64,000 nt of DNA, taken from an uncultured euryarchaeote. GTDB taxonomy: Archaea > Thermoplasmatota > Poseidoniia > Poseidoniales > Poseidoniaceae. The stretch lies in assembly GCA_937899865.1 (NCBI GenBank), contig CALBRH010000055.1, positions 1-64,000 of the forward strand, read 5' to 3'. A program made the position numbers and the translations under genes. Positions 26,901 to 34,325 of this stretch are shown in pieces (the stretch's first letter is position 1; the number at the start of each line of letters is the position of its first letter). The notes under the pieces were generated by a model. It ran no database searches and had not been told where the DNA came from. It saw only the letters and a list, made by a program, of their open reading frames with translations.

Positions 26901-27200
26901 AGAGGATTTGCTCAGATTGTTTGAAAATTTGTATAGAGCCCGCTCTTCACCACCTAATTGATTAATACCAACATTATTCTCTGAATTGCTGTTATAGTTA
27001 AAATCTGGAAACTCAGACGAAATATGCACTTCTGAATTTGGTGAGTAAGAATAGATGGAGTATGAAGGATTATGATCATTCAATTCTAAATTGTAGTCAT
27101 TTTCAGCAACCAAAATTTCGCTAAAAATAAACAAAAAAACAATGAAAATCGCAGTTAATGCTTGACGTTTTTCGGACGCGTAAGGCATGGGACTCATCAC
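17949..27200 (-). CDS. Giant surface protein (3083 aa): ~7 DNRLRE/CBM96-like modules alternating with FnIII-like modules, ~8 Ig-like stalk repeats, TM helix, acidic tail
   Basis: Recurring DT[YW]I...W.E...TW...W..PG...P.L.I.Y units at ~325-aa spacing; spacer motifs L.SP.[DN]G...W...Y.WR[VI]; C-terminal TM LYYVGAGLIGLIAVALLVFVI. Confidence 0.85.
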   Translation of the reverse strand: MMSPMPYASEKRQALTAIFIVFLFIFSEILVAENDYNLELNDHNPSYSIYSYSPNSEVHISSEFPDFNYNSNSENNVGINQLGGEERALYKFSNNLSKSSDLILDAELRLTCEVLYQQTPSQLPVLYPATIYGNFAPSEVTWNSIANSIAWQKPGVDGEFDRKDWDVPSSSASITSNIYEYNLNVTKLVQTSLHLGRSTFDIIISGLGGNIACAKGNNVTTSYHPELIISHSSGFHSDGGSVEQNFAVDGVPLMKNDFIMAADINPRISFDNLVGTDVEFQFSLSSDFRNITDLTWIYSTLSNQFTTSGAAGYYNIPNSESFPLGSIIHHRIRSIDNTSKISDWSEGYFLLPDYNTVNNSDGTATITLGQNDFNLMGTDFIEDTYIDTSAIQGHGEEQYLYVSNDVNDNKISLLKINFNMLGIHSNATIVSASLELDRQTVTSQGPTLSLHPIEHSLWSESEATWNYGKIGQQWANGGLNQIGSSEQSNIDSNSASNTFDFDIQNSLQKHLDESSNVPLSYVLTGFLPDDSPPSQLEEIKFASSEFQGVSGNTPSVSLTYSWTANQSIPDVELISPINTEPVWEIENDNLSGDTTPELEWQSSDGVFMDYFLQVSNDPLFRDVILDLDSRDLSLTSLTALQNYTFTSSNQLSKGDIYHWRIKQVDGDGRIGDWNASSLFISTLESEWLGGNMFRFILNNSVDSNVNSIPGFKFSSIASNSPTTNSYGYSNIFIADTMSLGKYNALLGLNLQSYLLPQGYAVISSNLTMTTVSSTNSPNVGVWELVSDDWNEQEVTWIESSSGIQWDSPGATGTLDRVNLLSNSSVASNCCTVWNVTSSVQNSMRDGKNLNFMLEIMPGYYGSTAIFNSPLSQDSQDQPQLEIIFTLGSNQKPTPPTAQSPADGEWVFKNNSTLETDIDLDLSWNNNSPMPIVGWAIEIDSSSNFDSIDKRSITSWNDPGFDIAGCEYELQSSLDIGKVWYWRVRGLSNTFQLGEWSQSFTFFLPDLNYHPLTHNSFTTEYSHGSAFSNQQMINFADLHINDRSTLDIVNGETESILSVGRLADGANNSMLISVPIPLAMHPENASLTSAMFSLEATPLSSANVRLAVREVLTPWDLNANNFRYNSTNNWSELGGRGIGSDVSEPLDIVMSQVGKNVWNITQIAQRALAEGRTSLSLMIYSDTDLPGQLVYFYSSDFSNTKPTINMTWVEGQRTIPSDIIETILPLDGQIYFNQTSHAILPELRPTFTWSLPQSSVSTPDAWRIFFQLDPNNDMEGDLMFDSRVNPELFDLVTLSFTPDQDINFGNSINWSVQPIEQEMLGQRSNQSMYFIPNSIGQEINQTDATIYIQDGSLFPPTNYPSATSDIYLDEGNPYQSNDTGGIRVGNSTILNSNLSSITSIVSFNLSTLTLPSVYEIISADLELTAVNGSGAVDISASRILANWDENSTWDNSSSGVQWINSGALRGADSDLPDSMVYVDSIGTFSWNVTRILQLTVESNQDVASILLQPEVFNSPTGIVEGSYIFADSENTNISLRPKLSIQYRTVESWLPPTVSLISPANGSTLWNESSPSLVGADNISFEVSQPVSNHTTINLCHGTQIRWLDCVQSTSNVENYSWDSILNLFNYTDIDEIESNAGDQWQYWRFRVDQEHRIGHYSPIYHYRIPENQAIFDGYENYTVELSRGSVFTLTGDNPMVSDASTDSSNNLNLGQSPTISVGTNPSSGGVFEAYFEYNLSELYFVPTATPISMTLELEVISNMITQSPIAVSVYACDGFEESLISYQSTPTCSTSEITRTSITGTSGNLVSWDLTYLGQTNFFTNNDTLSFKLTAVSGQNNFIEFHSSESINGMKPTINLTYIENINQYLPPSQPLPISPSDGEILYDVSNLPINSVQSVQLEWTQVSSATSYKLFINTESGLLVFDSLIDSGFSGNTFTSSIFSPGESYEWWVQCYNQSIPGPPSPKWIFGLGNPDNFDNKDGTLTYAFSDSSEILDFNHINFYDTWITDSNLDVNYGVGDNLEIGGGCQNTINSICDAIISVDTSQIPLDSNSQSIHSIVLNLFVESWDLTGGAYQVEFSIHEFLYTNWDEMTLTWNNTGINPGPQPGVDFVSQPLDVKTYNSLDTVFSFDVGEYGQSIGDVLTFLIRGTPISTGGNFDGYVSVYSSDYSDINLRPKLEILHTNVSILNITSQTVNYNADGSYSFDVQAFDSNGQAITGGIPNMAEIEWSTTSGSITPNQTTQSAVLSPTISGMQVVSACYGIICTDYAIMIEPGMPMQIFASLNQTSDVNFATITADDTLQVSAYAIDQFGNLVTNEVISFFSSNGSIDSSGLFSPYSAGIHTVTAEWVGSSNTLQETLQVEVLPGAPVLVELSGCGDIIHADTSCDIFGTAFDQYSNIVWFDDVGDYTLSVSDGEIIEYSTPTPHTSPPTTEVLIGEYTGNLVGQSTISFVSENSLVDSILVDVTHGAFASFELEASSTSISADEILYLNTTRIDVRGNRLAVILPIENWTSVADGQVVTGLPASWVPTLQGTKSISAFYQGSTETIQVFVTRGKINQMDILIYDEVSNGDVFMITADEQISASIKALDSNGNQWLIDGNWSFFHPNFADESVLSSNYSQEITFSPTMSSSTPYTIYVEHTELDVVISDNFVVYVSVGDLENFVVDSIDSNGVEFSSVGSYEITADEFIQFSFSTSDTNLNQITNMQPAWILYDLEAGTSEDISDQMLQNALIWHATEVGDWKISAFLINERGFNLTANFDISVSHGVPVSLTLEQSVTTQDAGNFVDLQVTGTDSDGNQFPQLVVWFENNGPAYNINATDTEALYQFNGRSAGNYTLTAEYLTLSSSVNVEVFSLSVVKNIKSNISTTELEQLESITVEVEAYDEYWNRIAVPDSARIDSTDRGKVKYLGNGVWELETLDEGEHSATIVIGSITETFIYNVEGNIAGFFAAGGPLYYVGAGLIGLIAVALLVFVIRLVRGDEDYYDDEDDEDYYRDDEESISRDFSQPRISQAPTVSTPPPQPPETEPEQEVEEVEEEVEEEDTSWMADYRVEEDGTEWGQTEDGVWYYREVESDDWIEWTE

Positions 27201-27331
27201 TGAGACATAGTCTCCTTTTACTGTCTTTTCCCTTGATTGTATTTGTATATTAAGAGAAGTGAGAATTTAGCCGATAAAATATAGCGCTTTTTATCATAAT
27301 GTTGAAGGGCGTTCGCCATCTTCATCAACCC

Positions 27332-28288
27332 ATGAGCGAGTTATGGGTTGAGAAACACAGACCTCGCTCTGTCAGTGAGATTAGAGGACAACCAGCAGTA
27401 GTCCAACGTTTGACTATTTATGCAGAAAAAAAACAGTTTCCTCACTTACTTTTTGCTGGCCCTCCTGGTACTGGAAAAACCACTGCCGCCATGGCATTAA
27501 CCAAGGATGTTTTCGGAGAAAATTATAGAGAAAATTTGTTAGAAATGAACGCATCTGACGAAAGAAAACTTGAGAGTATTAGAACAAAAGTCAAGCAATT
27601 TGCTCGCACTAGTCCTTATGGAGGCGCTGCCTTCAAGATTATCTTCCTTGACGAGGCTGATGCATTAACTAACGATGCACAAGGTGCGCTTAGAAGAATA
27701 ATGGAGCAATATGCCGAAACTTGTCGATTCATTCTTTCCTGCAATTATTCCTCGAAAATAATTGAACCAATTCAATCTCGATGTGCTGTGTTTAGATTTA
27801 GACCTCTTGCTGATTCAGATGTCAATCAGCAAGTTCACCATGTTGCTAAAATTGAGAAAGTGAATCTTGACGATGATGCCGCTGAAGCTCTAACAAGAAT
27901 TAGTCAAGGCGATTTGAGAAAGGCATTAACTGCTCTGCAAGTATCAGCGGCTCTAAGTAGCGATGTGACGCGTGAATTGATCTATGAAACTTCAGCAACA
28001 GCACCTCCAGAAAGTCTACATCAATATCTCAAAGCATGCCGTGATGATGGTTTCCATTCTGCTAGAAGAAGGCTTAGAGAATTACTTGACAAATATGGAC
28101 TTGCAGGAACAGATTTTGTCAACCAACTTCACCGTGAATTGTACTCTGCTGATTTCCTGAGTGAAGAATCCAAACTTGATTTGACAGAATGGATGGCGGA
28201 AGTTGACTACAGATTAGTAGAAGGTGGAGGGGAACAAATCCAGTTAGATGCACTAACTGCAAGATTAGTAACTCATCTCAAACAATAA
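27332..28288 (+). CDS. rfcS: Replication factor C small subunit
   Basis: LWVEKHRP, GPPGTGKT, LEMNASDER, IFLDEAD, AQGALRR, SRC, GDLRKA. No intein. Confidence 0.97.
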   Translation: MSELWVEKHRPRSVSEIRGQPAVVQRLTIYAEKKQFPHLLFAGPPGTGKTTAAMALTKDVFGENYRENLLEMNASDERKLESIRTKVKQFARTSPYGGAAFKIIFLDEADALTNDAQGALRRIMEQYAETCRFILSCNYSSKIIEPIQSRCAVFRFRPLADSDVNQQVHHVAKIEKVNLDDDAAEALTRISQGDLRKALTALQVSAALSSDVTRELIYETSATAPPESLHQYLKACRDDGFHSARRRLRELLDKYGLAGTDFVNQLHRELYSADFLSEESKLDLTEWMAEVDYRLVEGGGEQIQLDALTARLVTHLKQ

Positions 28289-28321
28289 TCACTTTCACTT
28301 TCACCTTACCCGTTAGAAAAA

Positions 28322-28525
28322 GTGACTACTACCTCAAACCTTTCAATTGATTTGATGAGAACTGATGGGTTACTTAATGCACTATGCTGGACACCGCTTG
28401 CTGGGCCAATAAGAGCTATTCGTAAGCAAAGAATAAACAGAATTTCAAGAGAGAATTATGACAAAAGGAAAATTGATTCAATTATCAACCAAATTGTCTC
28501 AAATCACGGCGATTTATTATCATGA
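28322..28525 (+). CDS. Small hypothetical protein (56-67 aa)
   Basis: Fills a ~230-nt gap and ends with the same 6-nt convergent stop overlap seen at 10866-10871. Start uncertain. Confidence 0.4.
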   Translation: MTTTSNLSIDLMRTDGLLNALCWTPLAGPIRAIRKQRINRISRENYDKRKIDSIINQIVSNHGDLLS

Positions 28526-29437
28526 ATCACTTGATTCAACCGCTTCTACGACTACGAGTTTCCAATTATACTCTCTCTCGTTTTCCCAAGGATCGCCATC
28601 CTCTTTGATAGTGACTAGAATGTCATGAGTACCAACAGCTAAATCATTACCGAGATTAATAGCAAATGGTTGATCTTTTTCGTGAGGTACTAAATTAGGT
28701 GCAGAAGAATTATCTGTTTTGGTTCCATTAGCAATTCTATCTGAATTATTTGCCCAAAAATATTCATCGCTATTCAATTCTGTTACAACTGACTGGTGAG
28801 TTAATTCAACGATCACCTCTGCACCATCAGAATTGACGTTATCTGCTAATGCGAACAATAGCCACACTTCACCATCTAGTCTGCCATCGTTTTCAACTAC
28901 CCATTCAATGACTCCATCTTTGCTCGAATCTTCATTGAACAACAACACTTCACCATCATCAGTAGCAATGGCCCAATGGCTGGCAAGTTTGGGTGCAACG
29001 ATATCTCCCATTGGCGGATTGACCAACAAAAATGACATCGCTAAGAAAGTAAATGTGTGCAAGAATCCAGCCTTAAACCATGTTCCTTTGCCATAAAACT
29101 CTTGGAATGATTTTGGCATAACCATTCGATGAATTTGAGGAATCAATATTATTGCACTAAGTGGCATCAGATATAGAATATCTGACTTTTCTGGCGAAGT
29201 ATTTGGCATCAAAACATAACGCATCATCAATGTGACAATGATAGAAAAACTGATCACTAGCCACATTGAAGCAGTATCAGCTTTTTCTTTTTTCACGTGT
29301 TTTACTGGGTCGAACGGTTCGATTCCTAAATTCGGTCCGCTTCTTCGGACCCTCCTTTCCTCGCTAGCAGCACCAGCACGCTGTTTGCGCTCCGCAGCAG
29401 CAGCAGCCATCGCTGTTTGAAGGTCGACCATGACCAC
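28520..29437 (-). CDS. Hypothetical membrane protein (3 TM helices followed by a soluble C-terminal domain)
   Basis: 305-aa ORF with a charged N-terminus, three hydrophobic helices and an acidic beta-rich C-terminus. Confidence 0.75.
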   Translation of the reverse strand: MVMVDLQTAMAAAAAERKQRAGAASEERRVRRSGPNLGIEPFDPVKHVKKEKADTASMWLVISFSIIVTLMMRYVLMPNTSPEKSDILYLMPLSAIILIPQIHRMVMPKSFQEFYGKGTWFKAGFLHTFTFLAMSFLLVNPPMGDIVAPKLASHWAIATDDGEVLLFNEDSSKDGVIEWVVENDGRLDGEVWLLFALADNVNSDGAEVIVELTHQSVVTELNSDEYFWANNSDRIANGTKTDNSSAPNLVPHEKDQPFAINLGNDLAVGTHDILVTIKEDGDPWENEREYNWKLVVVEAVESSDS

Positions 29438-29551
29438 TGGGAAAACTGAGAGTGCATGAATGCTACGGATGAATTATACCATTGATTTCAATATTTTACT
29501 AACATATTTCATCCGCATTATTCAAAGAGTCTATCCTTCACGACCGAATAA

Positions 29552-29679
29552 GCCGGGGTGGCGTAGTTGGTGGCGCGTCGGACTCATAGGGCAGCCTACA
29601 AGGCAATCGTATGACGTGCAACCCTTGCGGTGTCTGAGACATCCGAAGGTCGCGGGTTCAAGCCCCGCTCCCGGCACCA
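29552..29679 (+). tRNA. tRNA-Met(CAT), elongator-type, with a 52-nt intron (29589-29640) at canonical position 37/38; CCA encoded
   Basis: GCCGGGG acceptor pairs with CCCGGC; anticodon arm TCGGA-CTCATA|A-TCCGA; T-loop GGTTCAAGCC. Bulge-helix-bulge: CTCA/TGAG 4-bp helix with TAG and ACA bulges. Confidence 0.93.
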
Positions 29680-29786
29680 TTGTTATTCGATTTTTTGTTG
29701 TTAGACTATTTTCATACCATGAACTTATATTCAACCTCCATTAGGTTCAATTAACCATCGACTGAGTTACATCGGATTGTGAGACT

Positions 29787-30467
29787 ATGGCTAAATTATT
29801 GAAAATGGAAAATATTCAACGCTACTATGAAACTCCTGCTGGAGTAGTTAAAGCGCTTGACGGAATTGATATTGAAATTCATGAAGGAGAAAGAGTGATC
29901 TTACTTGGCCCCTCTGGTTCAGGAAAAACTACTCTTTTGAATTGCTTATCGGCTCTCGATAGCCCAACTGACGGCGATTATATTTTCTTAGATGAACATG
30001 TACCGAGAGATAATTCAGAAAAAATGACATCCTTTAGAAGATTAAACATTGGATATGTATTTCAATTCTTCAATCTTTTACAAGATTTAACTGTTCTTGA
30101 AAACATACTGCTTATTCAAGAATTGTCTGGTAAAAAAGACCCAGACAGAGCAAAACAATTACTAAAGTTGGTTGGCCTAGAAAAGGAAGTTGACCGATTT
30201 CCTGGAGAAATTAGTGGAGGGCAACAGCAAAGGGTAGCCATTGCAAGAAGTATTGCCAAGAAACCAACCCTATTACTAGGGGATGAATTAACAGGAAATT
30301 TGGATACTGAAACTTCACAAAAAGTAATGACTGTGCTGGTAAAAGCTTGTGAGCAAGAAAATATTACTGCAGTTTTTGTTACCCATGATGAGGGATTAGT
30401 ACAGTATGCAACTAGAGTTATTCGAATCGATAGCGGCAAGATAATTTCGGATGAACAAGTCAATTAG
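29787..30467 (+). CDS. ABC transporter ATP-binding protein (LolD/MacB type)
   Basis: GPSGSGKT, YVFQFFNLL, ISGGQQQRVAIAR, LLGDELTGNLD, VTHD. Confidence 0.95.
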   Translation: MAKLLKMENIQRYYETPAGVVKALDGIDIEIHEGERVILLGPSGSGKTTLLNCLSALDSPTDGDYIFLDEHVPRDNSEKMTSFRRLNIGYVFQFFNLLQDLTVLENILLIQELSGKKDPDRAKQLLKLVGLEKEVDRFPGEISGGQQQRVAIARSIAKKPTLLLGDELTGNLDTETSQKVMTVLVKACEQENITAVFVTHDEGLVQYATRVIRIDSGKIISDEQVN

Positions 30468-30492
30468 GATGAAAAAAAACTGAGGCCAAGAT

Positions 30493-32934
30493 ATGTCTAG
30501 TCTACTAAACAAACGACTTGCGCGTAGTCTATGGCGCACGAAATTGCGGCTATTTGCTGTTATTTTCATGGTCTCAGTCGGTGTTTTTGCCGGATTAACC
30601 TTCGGTGGCTATTCTCACAACCTAAGTGGTATGTATGATACTATGCATGATGATAATGATACGGGTGCCAATCTAGCAGATTTATGGATTGATAATCGCA
30701 GTACAACTTGGAGTTCTGAGGAAGTAACAGAATTCTGCACCAATTTAGCCTCTAATTGGGACTATGATGACTTTGGCTTGGATTCATGTGAGGGAAGAAA
30801 TATTGTCCCAGGTGCCATGTTTTACAACAATAGTGGCGATGAAAAAATTATCAATTCTCTTTGGCATGGAATCTCACCAGATGCAAATACAAACCGAATT
30901 TGGATGCCAGAAGGTCATTCAGACGGTCGCTTAGCAGCATCTGCCGATGAGATTGTAATCGATGCTCACGTTGTCGAACCACTAGATTTAGAGCTTGGTG
31001 ATGTCATCACAATCGGTGCTGGTGCATCAAGTGCAGACTTTACCATCGTCGGCTATGGTTATCATCCAGTACACATTTTCATGGCGCCAGAAGGTTCAGT
31101 ATTTCCGCCTGAAGCAGGAGAATATGTAGTAGGCTACCTCAGTGAACTTGGGATGGCTAGGCTAACTGGTAACGAAATCGGTGCAAGCAATACAATTTTG
31201 CTCGATGTAGAAGGCACTCCCTCATTTGATTATCCTGATACCAAAGAATTCGAAGGGGAAGAGATTGATTTGGTAAAATCAATGGTTGATGATTCCTTGA
31301 ACGCCAGCCAACTTGACGCTAGAGTGAGAGACAGGGGCCAAAGCGAACAGGTCGAAATAATGCGGCAAGATTTAGAGGCATCAAAAAGGATGTCAACCCC
31401 CTTCACTGTAATGATCGCTGCTATTGCATCAATTACAATTATTCTCAGTTTACAGAGATTGGTACAAAGCCAAGCAAAGGAAATTGCGGTCTTGAGAACA
31501 TTAGGGGTAAAGCGAAAATCTTTGTTGACTGGCTACCTTTACTCACCGGCAATAATAGGTTCAATTGGTTGTTTGGTAGGTTGCCTGATTGGACCATACG
31601 GCATGAATGCAATGTTGGATTTCTATCAAAGTATAATTGGTGTACCAATCATCGAAAGAGAAATTCCTTTTTCGCTGTACGCAGCGGTTGTAACTCCGAC
31701 AATGATAGTAGTATTTCTATCCGGTATTTTACCTGCTCTAAAGGCTAGTAGACTAGACCCCCTAAGTATTCTGAGTGGTCAAAACAAAATTAGAGTTGGT
31801 TCTAACCTACTCAGAAAATTGACTTCATGGATGCCAACAACTCTTGGGCTATCAGTACGTTCTAGTGTTAGAAGACCAATTCGTTTGACTATGACATTCT
31901 TCGCAGTAGGGATTTCCTTGATGTTATTTGGTTCAATCCAAATGATGTCTGCTGGCATAGAGGACACATTAGTCGGTGGAATTGAAGATGACCAAAGTTG
32001 GGATGCTCAAGTTTATGTTGGTACTGATGGAGAGTTTGCAGTATTAGATTGGGCGGAAAACTACAGTGCAGAAGCAGAATTGTTAATCGAGATGCCTGTC
32101 GGTTCAGTAACTGATCCTGATGAAATAGAGAGACTCTTTACTGTTATAGGACTCGACACATATACCCAAGGAATGCGTTCAGTGAACCTGTTAGATGGAA
32201 ATAAACCAACATTAGAAGGAGGTATTCCACAAGTTATGATGGACGAAGGGTCATTGATTTTCCTAAATTGGGAAGTCAACGATATTCAAACTGTTGCAAT
32301 TAACGGCGTTTCACAAGAGGTTGAGATTGTCGGTTCTACTAGAGGAGACTTTATCCGAACCATGTATTTTTTACGATCTGACTTAAGTCAGATTACTGGC
32401 GTAAATGCTACTTCAGTATATCTTAGCCTACCCGAGGGAGTAGAAGTAAATACAGAATTAGGGGAGATTTCTGTTGGCATAGTTGAGAGACAGAGTTTAA
32501 TTGATGGCATTGAAAGCCTGATTGAACAACAAACTCAAATTTTCCAGGCAATAATGTATCTTGGACTATTATTCACAATAGCAGTCATGCTTAATACCAT
32601 GATAATGAATGTAGCAGAACGGGACTTTGAATTGGCAACACTGCGAGTTTTAGGTGCATCAACCAAACGCTTGGGAGGAATGCTTCTATTTGAGAGTTTA
32701 TTGATAGGTATAATCGGTGGAATTGTTGGGGTCGCATTTGCTTATGGTGGCGCAATAGGACTTGCAGCATCATTCTCATCTTGGCAATTCTATGTTCCTA
32801 TTGTCGTTGTGCCAAGTGTTGCTTACCAGTTGATGGGTGGAGTAATCATAATTGCTATTGCAATGACTCCGATTGGCATCTGGCGACTCCGTCGTATGGA
32901 CCTGGTTGAAAAAGTCAAAGACCTCTCTCAGTGA
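30493..32934 (+). CDS. ABC transporter permease, FtsX/MacB family, with two permease halves
   Basis: Two FtsX-type blocks (QAKEIAVLRTLG; RDFELATLRVLG) with large extracytoplasmic loops; adjacent to the ATPase. Confidence 0.9.
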   Translation: MSSLLNKRLARSLWRTKLRLFAVIFMVSVGVFAGLTFGGYSHNLSGMYDTMHDDNDTGANLADLWIDNRSTTWSSEEVTEFCTNLASNWDYDDFGLDSCEGRNIVPGAMFYNNSGDEKIINSLWHGISPDANTNRIWMPEGHSDGRLAASADEIVIDAHVVEPLDLELGDVITIGAGASSADFTIVGYGYHPVHIFMAPEGSVFPPEAGEYVVGYLSELGMARLTGNEIGASNTILLDVEGTPSFDYPDTKEFEGEEIDLVKSMVDDSLNASQLDARVRDRGQSEQVEIMRQDLEASKRMSTPFTVMIAAIASITIILSLQRLVQSQAKEIAVLRTLGVKRKSLLTGYLYSPAIIGSIGCLVGCLIGPYGMNAMLDFYQSIIGVPIIEREIPFSLYAAVVTPTMIVVFLSGILPALKASRLDPLSILSGQNKIRVGSNLLRKLTSWMPTTLGLSVRSSVRRPIRLTMTFFAVGISLMLFGSIQMMSAGIEDTLVGGIEDDQSWDAQVYVGTDGEFAVLDWAENYSAEAELLIEMPVGSVTDPDEIERLFTVIGLDTYTQGMRSVNLLDGNKPTLEGGIPQVMMDEGSLIFLNWEVNDIQTVAINGVSQEVEIVGSTRGDFIRTMYFLRSDLSQITGVNATSVYLSLPEGVEVNTELGEISVGIVERQSLIDGIESLIEQQTQIFQAIMYLGLLFTIAVMLNTMIMNVAERDFELATLRVLGASTKRLGGMLLFESLLIGIIGGIVGVAFAYGGAIGLAASFSSWQFYVPIVVVPSVAYQLMGGVIIIAIAMTPIGIWRLRRMDLVEKVKDLSQ

Positions 32935-32972
32935 AGCGAACTCTTGATGAGCCGTCAATTCTTGGCAACATC

Positions 32973-34325
32973 ATGGTCGATATACCTGATATTGGACAAA
33001 AAGTCCAAATTGAAGTTGATGGCCATAATGGAAAAGCCATTCACCAAGGTGTTATTCTTCATCCTGCCGCCTCAAATCATGTGACAATAAAACTTGATAA
33101 TGGATATAATGCAAGTTACACTATTGATGAAATAGTTTCAATTCAAGTGATTGGGAAAATCGAAGAAGAATCTGTAGGAACATACAGTGAATTAGAATTT
33201 AATGATCAATTGCCACGTGTTAGAATAATTCACACTGGTGGGACCATTGCTTCAAAGGTTGATTACAAGACTGGTGCAGTGATTGCAAAATTTGAACCTG
33301 AAGAGTTAGTAAATACAATCCCTGAATTAGCTCAAATTGCTAATATTGATGCAGTAAAACTTGGCAATATGTTCAGTGATGACATAAGATGCCAACACTG
33401 GAACAAGATGATCGATGCCACTAAACAAGCCTTTGATGATGGATGTAATGGCGTAGTAATCACCCATGGAACAGACACATTACACATAACTTCAGCAGCA
33501 ATGTGCTTTGCTTGGTCTGGTGAAGGTAAAGCACCACCTGGTAGAATCGCTTTAGTCGGTTCACAACGGTCTTCTGATAGAGGTTCTTCTGACGCTTCCG
33601 AGAACTTGATTTCAGCAGTCTATTGGGCTGCTAATGGACCAAACCCTGGAGCTGTAAGGGGTGATTCAGCTGTTGTAGTAATGCACACATCAAGTCATGA
33701 TGGTACATGTTCAATCCAGCCGGGAACTGGGGTAAGAAAATTACATTCAACTAGAAGAGATGCTTTTAGAAATGTCAATAGTCAACCTTTAGCATATGTC
33801 AACATAGTTGGTGGAAAACCGAGTATTGTGATGGACAGTGTATATCAATATGAACTGGAAAAAAGTAATACTGAAGTGACAAAATCTCCAAGAAAATACT
33901 CTGAATCTGTTCGAATTGCGCAGTTTGTCGCCGGACCATATCTGCATGAAGAAGAAATTGAAGCAATTGTAGCAACTGGTCCACAAGCAATCGTCATCCA
34001 TGGAACTGGTCTTGGTCATTTACCAATCGATGACCCCGGTAAAGATGCTCCAGAGAATACTAAAGTTTGGCGTGCACTAACACGTTGCATAAATCGTAAT
34101 ATCCCAGTTGTTGTAACTTCACAATGTTTGCATGGGCCAATCGATATGAATGTATATTCCAAGGGTAGAAAGCAACAAGAGATGGGTTTGCTAGGCCATG
34201 GAAGCGTTACTTCACCTGATTCAACAATAGTCAAAATTCACTATGCTCTATCAAATAACAAAAAGATCGAAGACATACTTGCAAAGAACCTATGTGGAGA
34301 AAATCATAATGTTCTAAGAGAGTGA
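32973..34325 (+). CDS. gatD: Glutamyl-tRNA(Gln) amidotransferase subunit D
   Basis: N-terminal VTIKLDNGYN domain; HTGGTIASKVDYKTGAV, HGTDT, GSQRSSDRGSSD, LHSTRRDAF. Confidence 0.93.
   Translation: MVDIPDIGQKVQIEVDGHNGKAIHQGVILHPAASNHVTIKLDNGYNASYTIDEIVSIQVIGKIEEESVGTYSELEFNDQLPRVRIIHTGGTIASKVDYKTGAVIAKFEPEELVNTIPELAQIANIDAVKLGNMFSDDIRCQHWNKMIDATKQAFDDGCNGVVITHGTDTLHITSAAMCFAWSGEGKAPPGRIALVGSQRSSDRGSSDASENLISAVYWAANGPNPGAVRGDSAVVVMHTSSHDGTCSIQPGTGVRKLHSTRRDAFRNVNSQPLAYVNIVGGKPSIVMDSVYQYELEKSNTEVTKSPRKYSESVRIAQFVAGPYLHEEEIEAIVATGPQAIVIHGTGLGHLPIDDPGKDAPENTKVWRALTRCINRNIPVVVTSQCLHGPIDMNVYSKGRKQQEMGLLGHGSVTSPDSTIVKIHYALSNNKKIEDILAKNLCGENHNVLRE

Noticed and set aside
27332-28288. Inteins in RFC (and in DP1 at 46660-48288)
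   Set aside because: Both proteins have normal length and contiguous motifs.
29589-29640. tRNA-Met intron as a C/D-box guide RNA, and its TACAAGGC match to the tRNA-Val anticodon arm
   Set aside because: The only CTGA is part of the BHB helix and there is no good RTGATGA C box; an 8-nt match is expected by chance.
29460-29744. ORFs 29460..29744(+) and 29531..29734(-)
   Set aside because: They overlap the intron-containing tRNA-Met and are spurious.
32973-34325. gatD without an adjacent gatE
   Set aside because: Split gatD/gatE loci are not unusual, and absence cannot be judged from one window.
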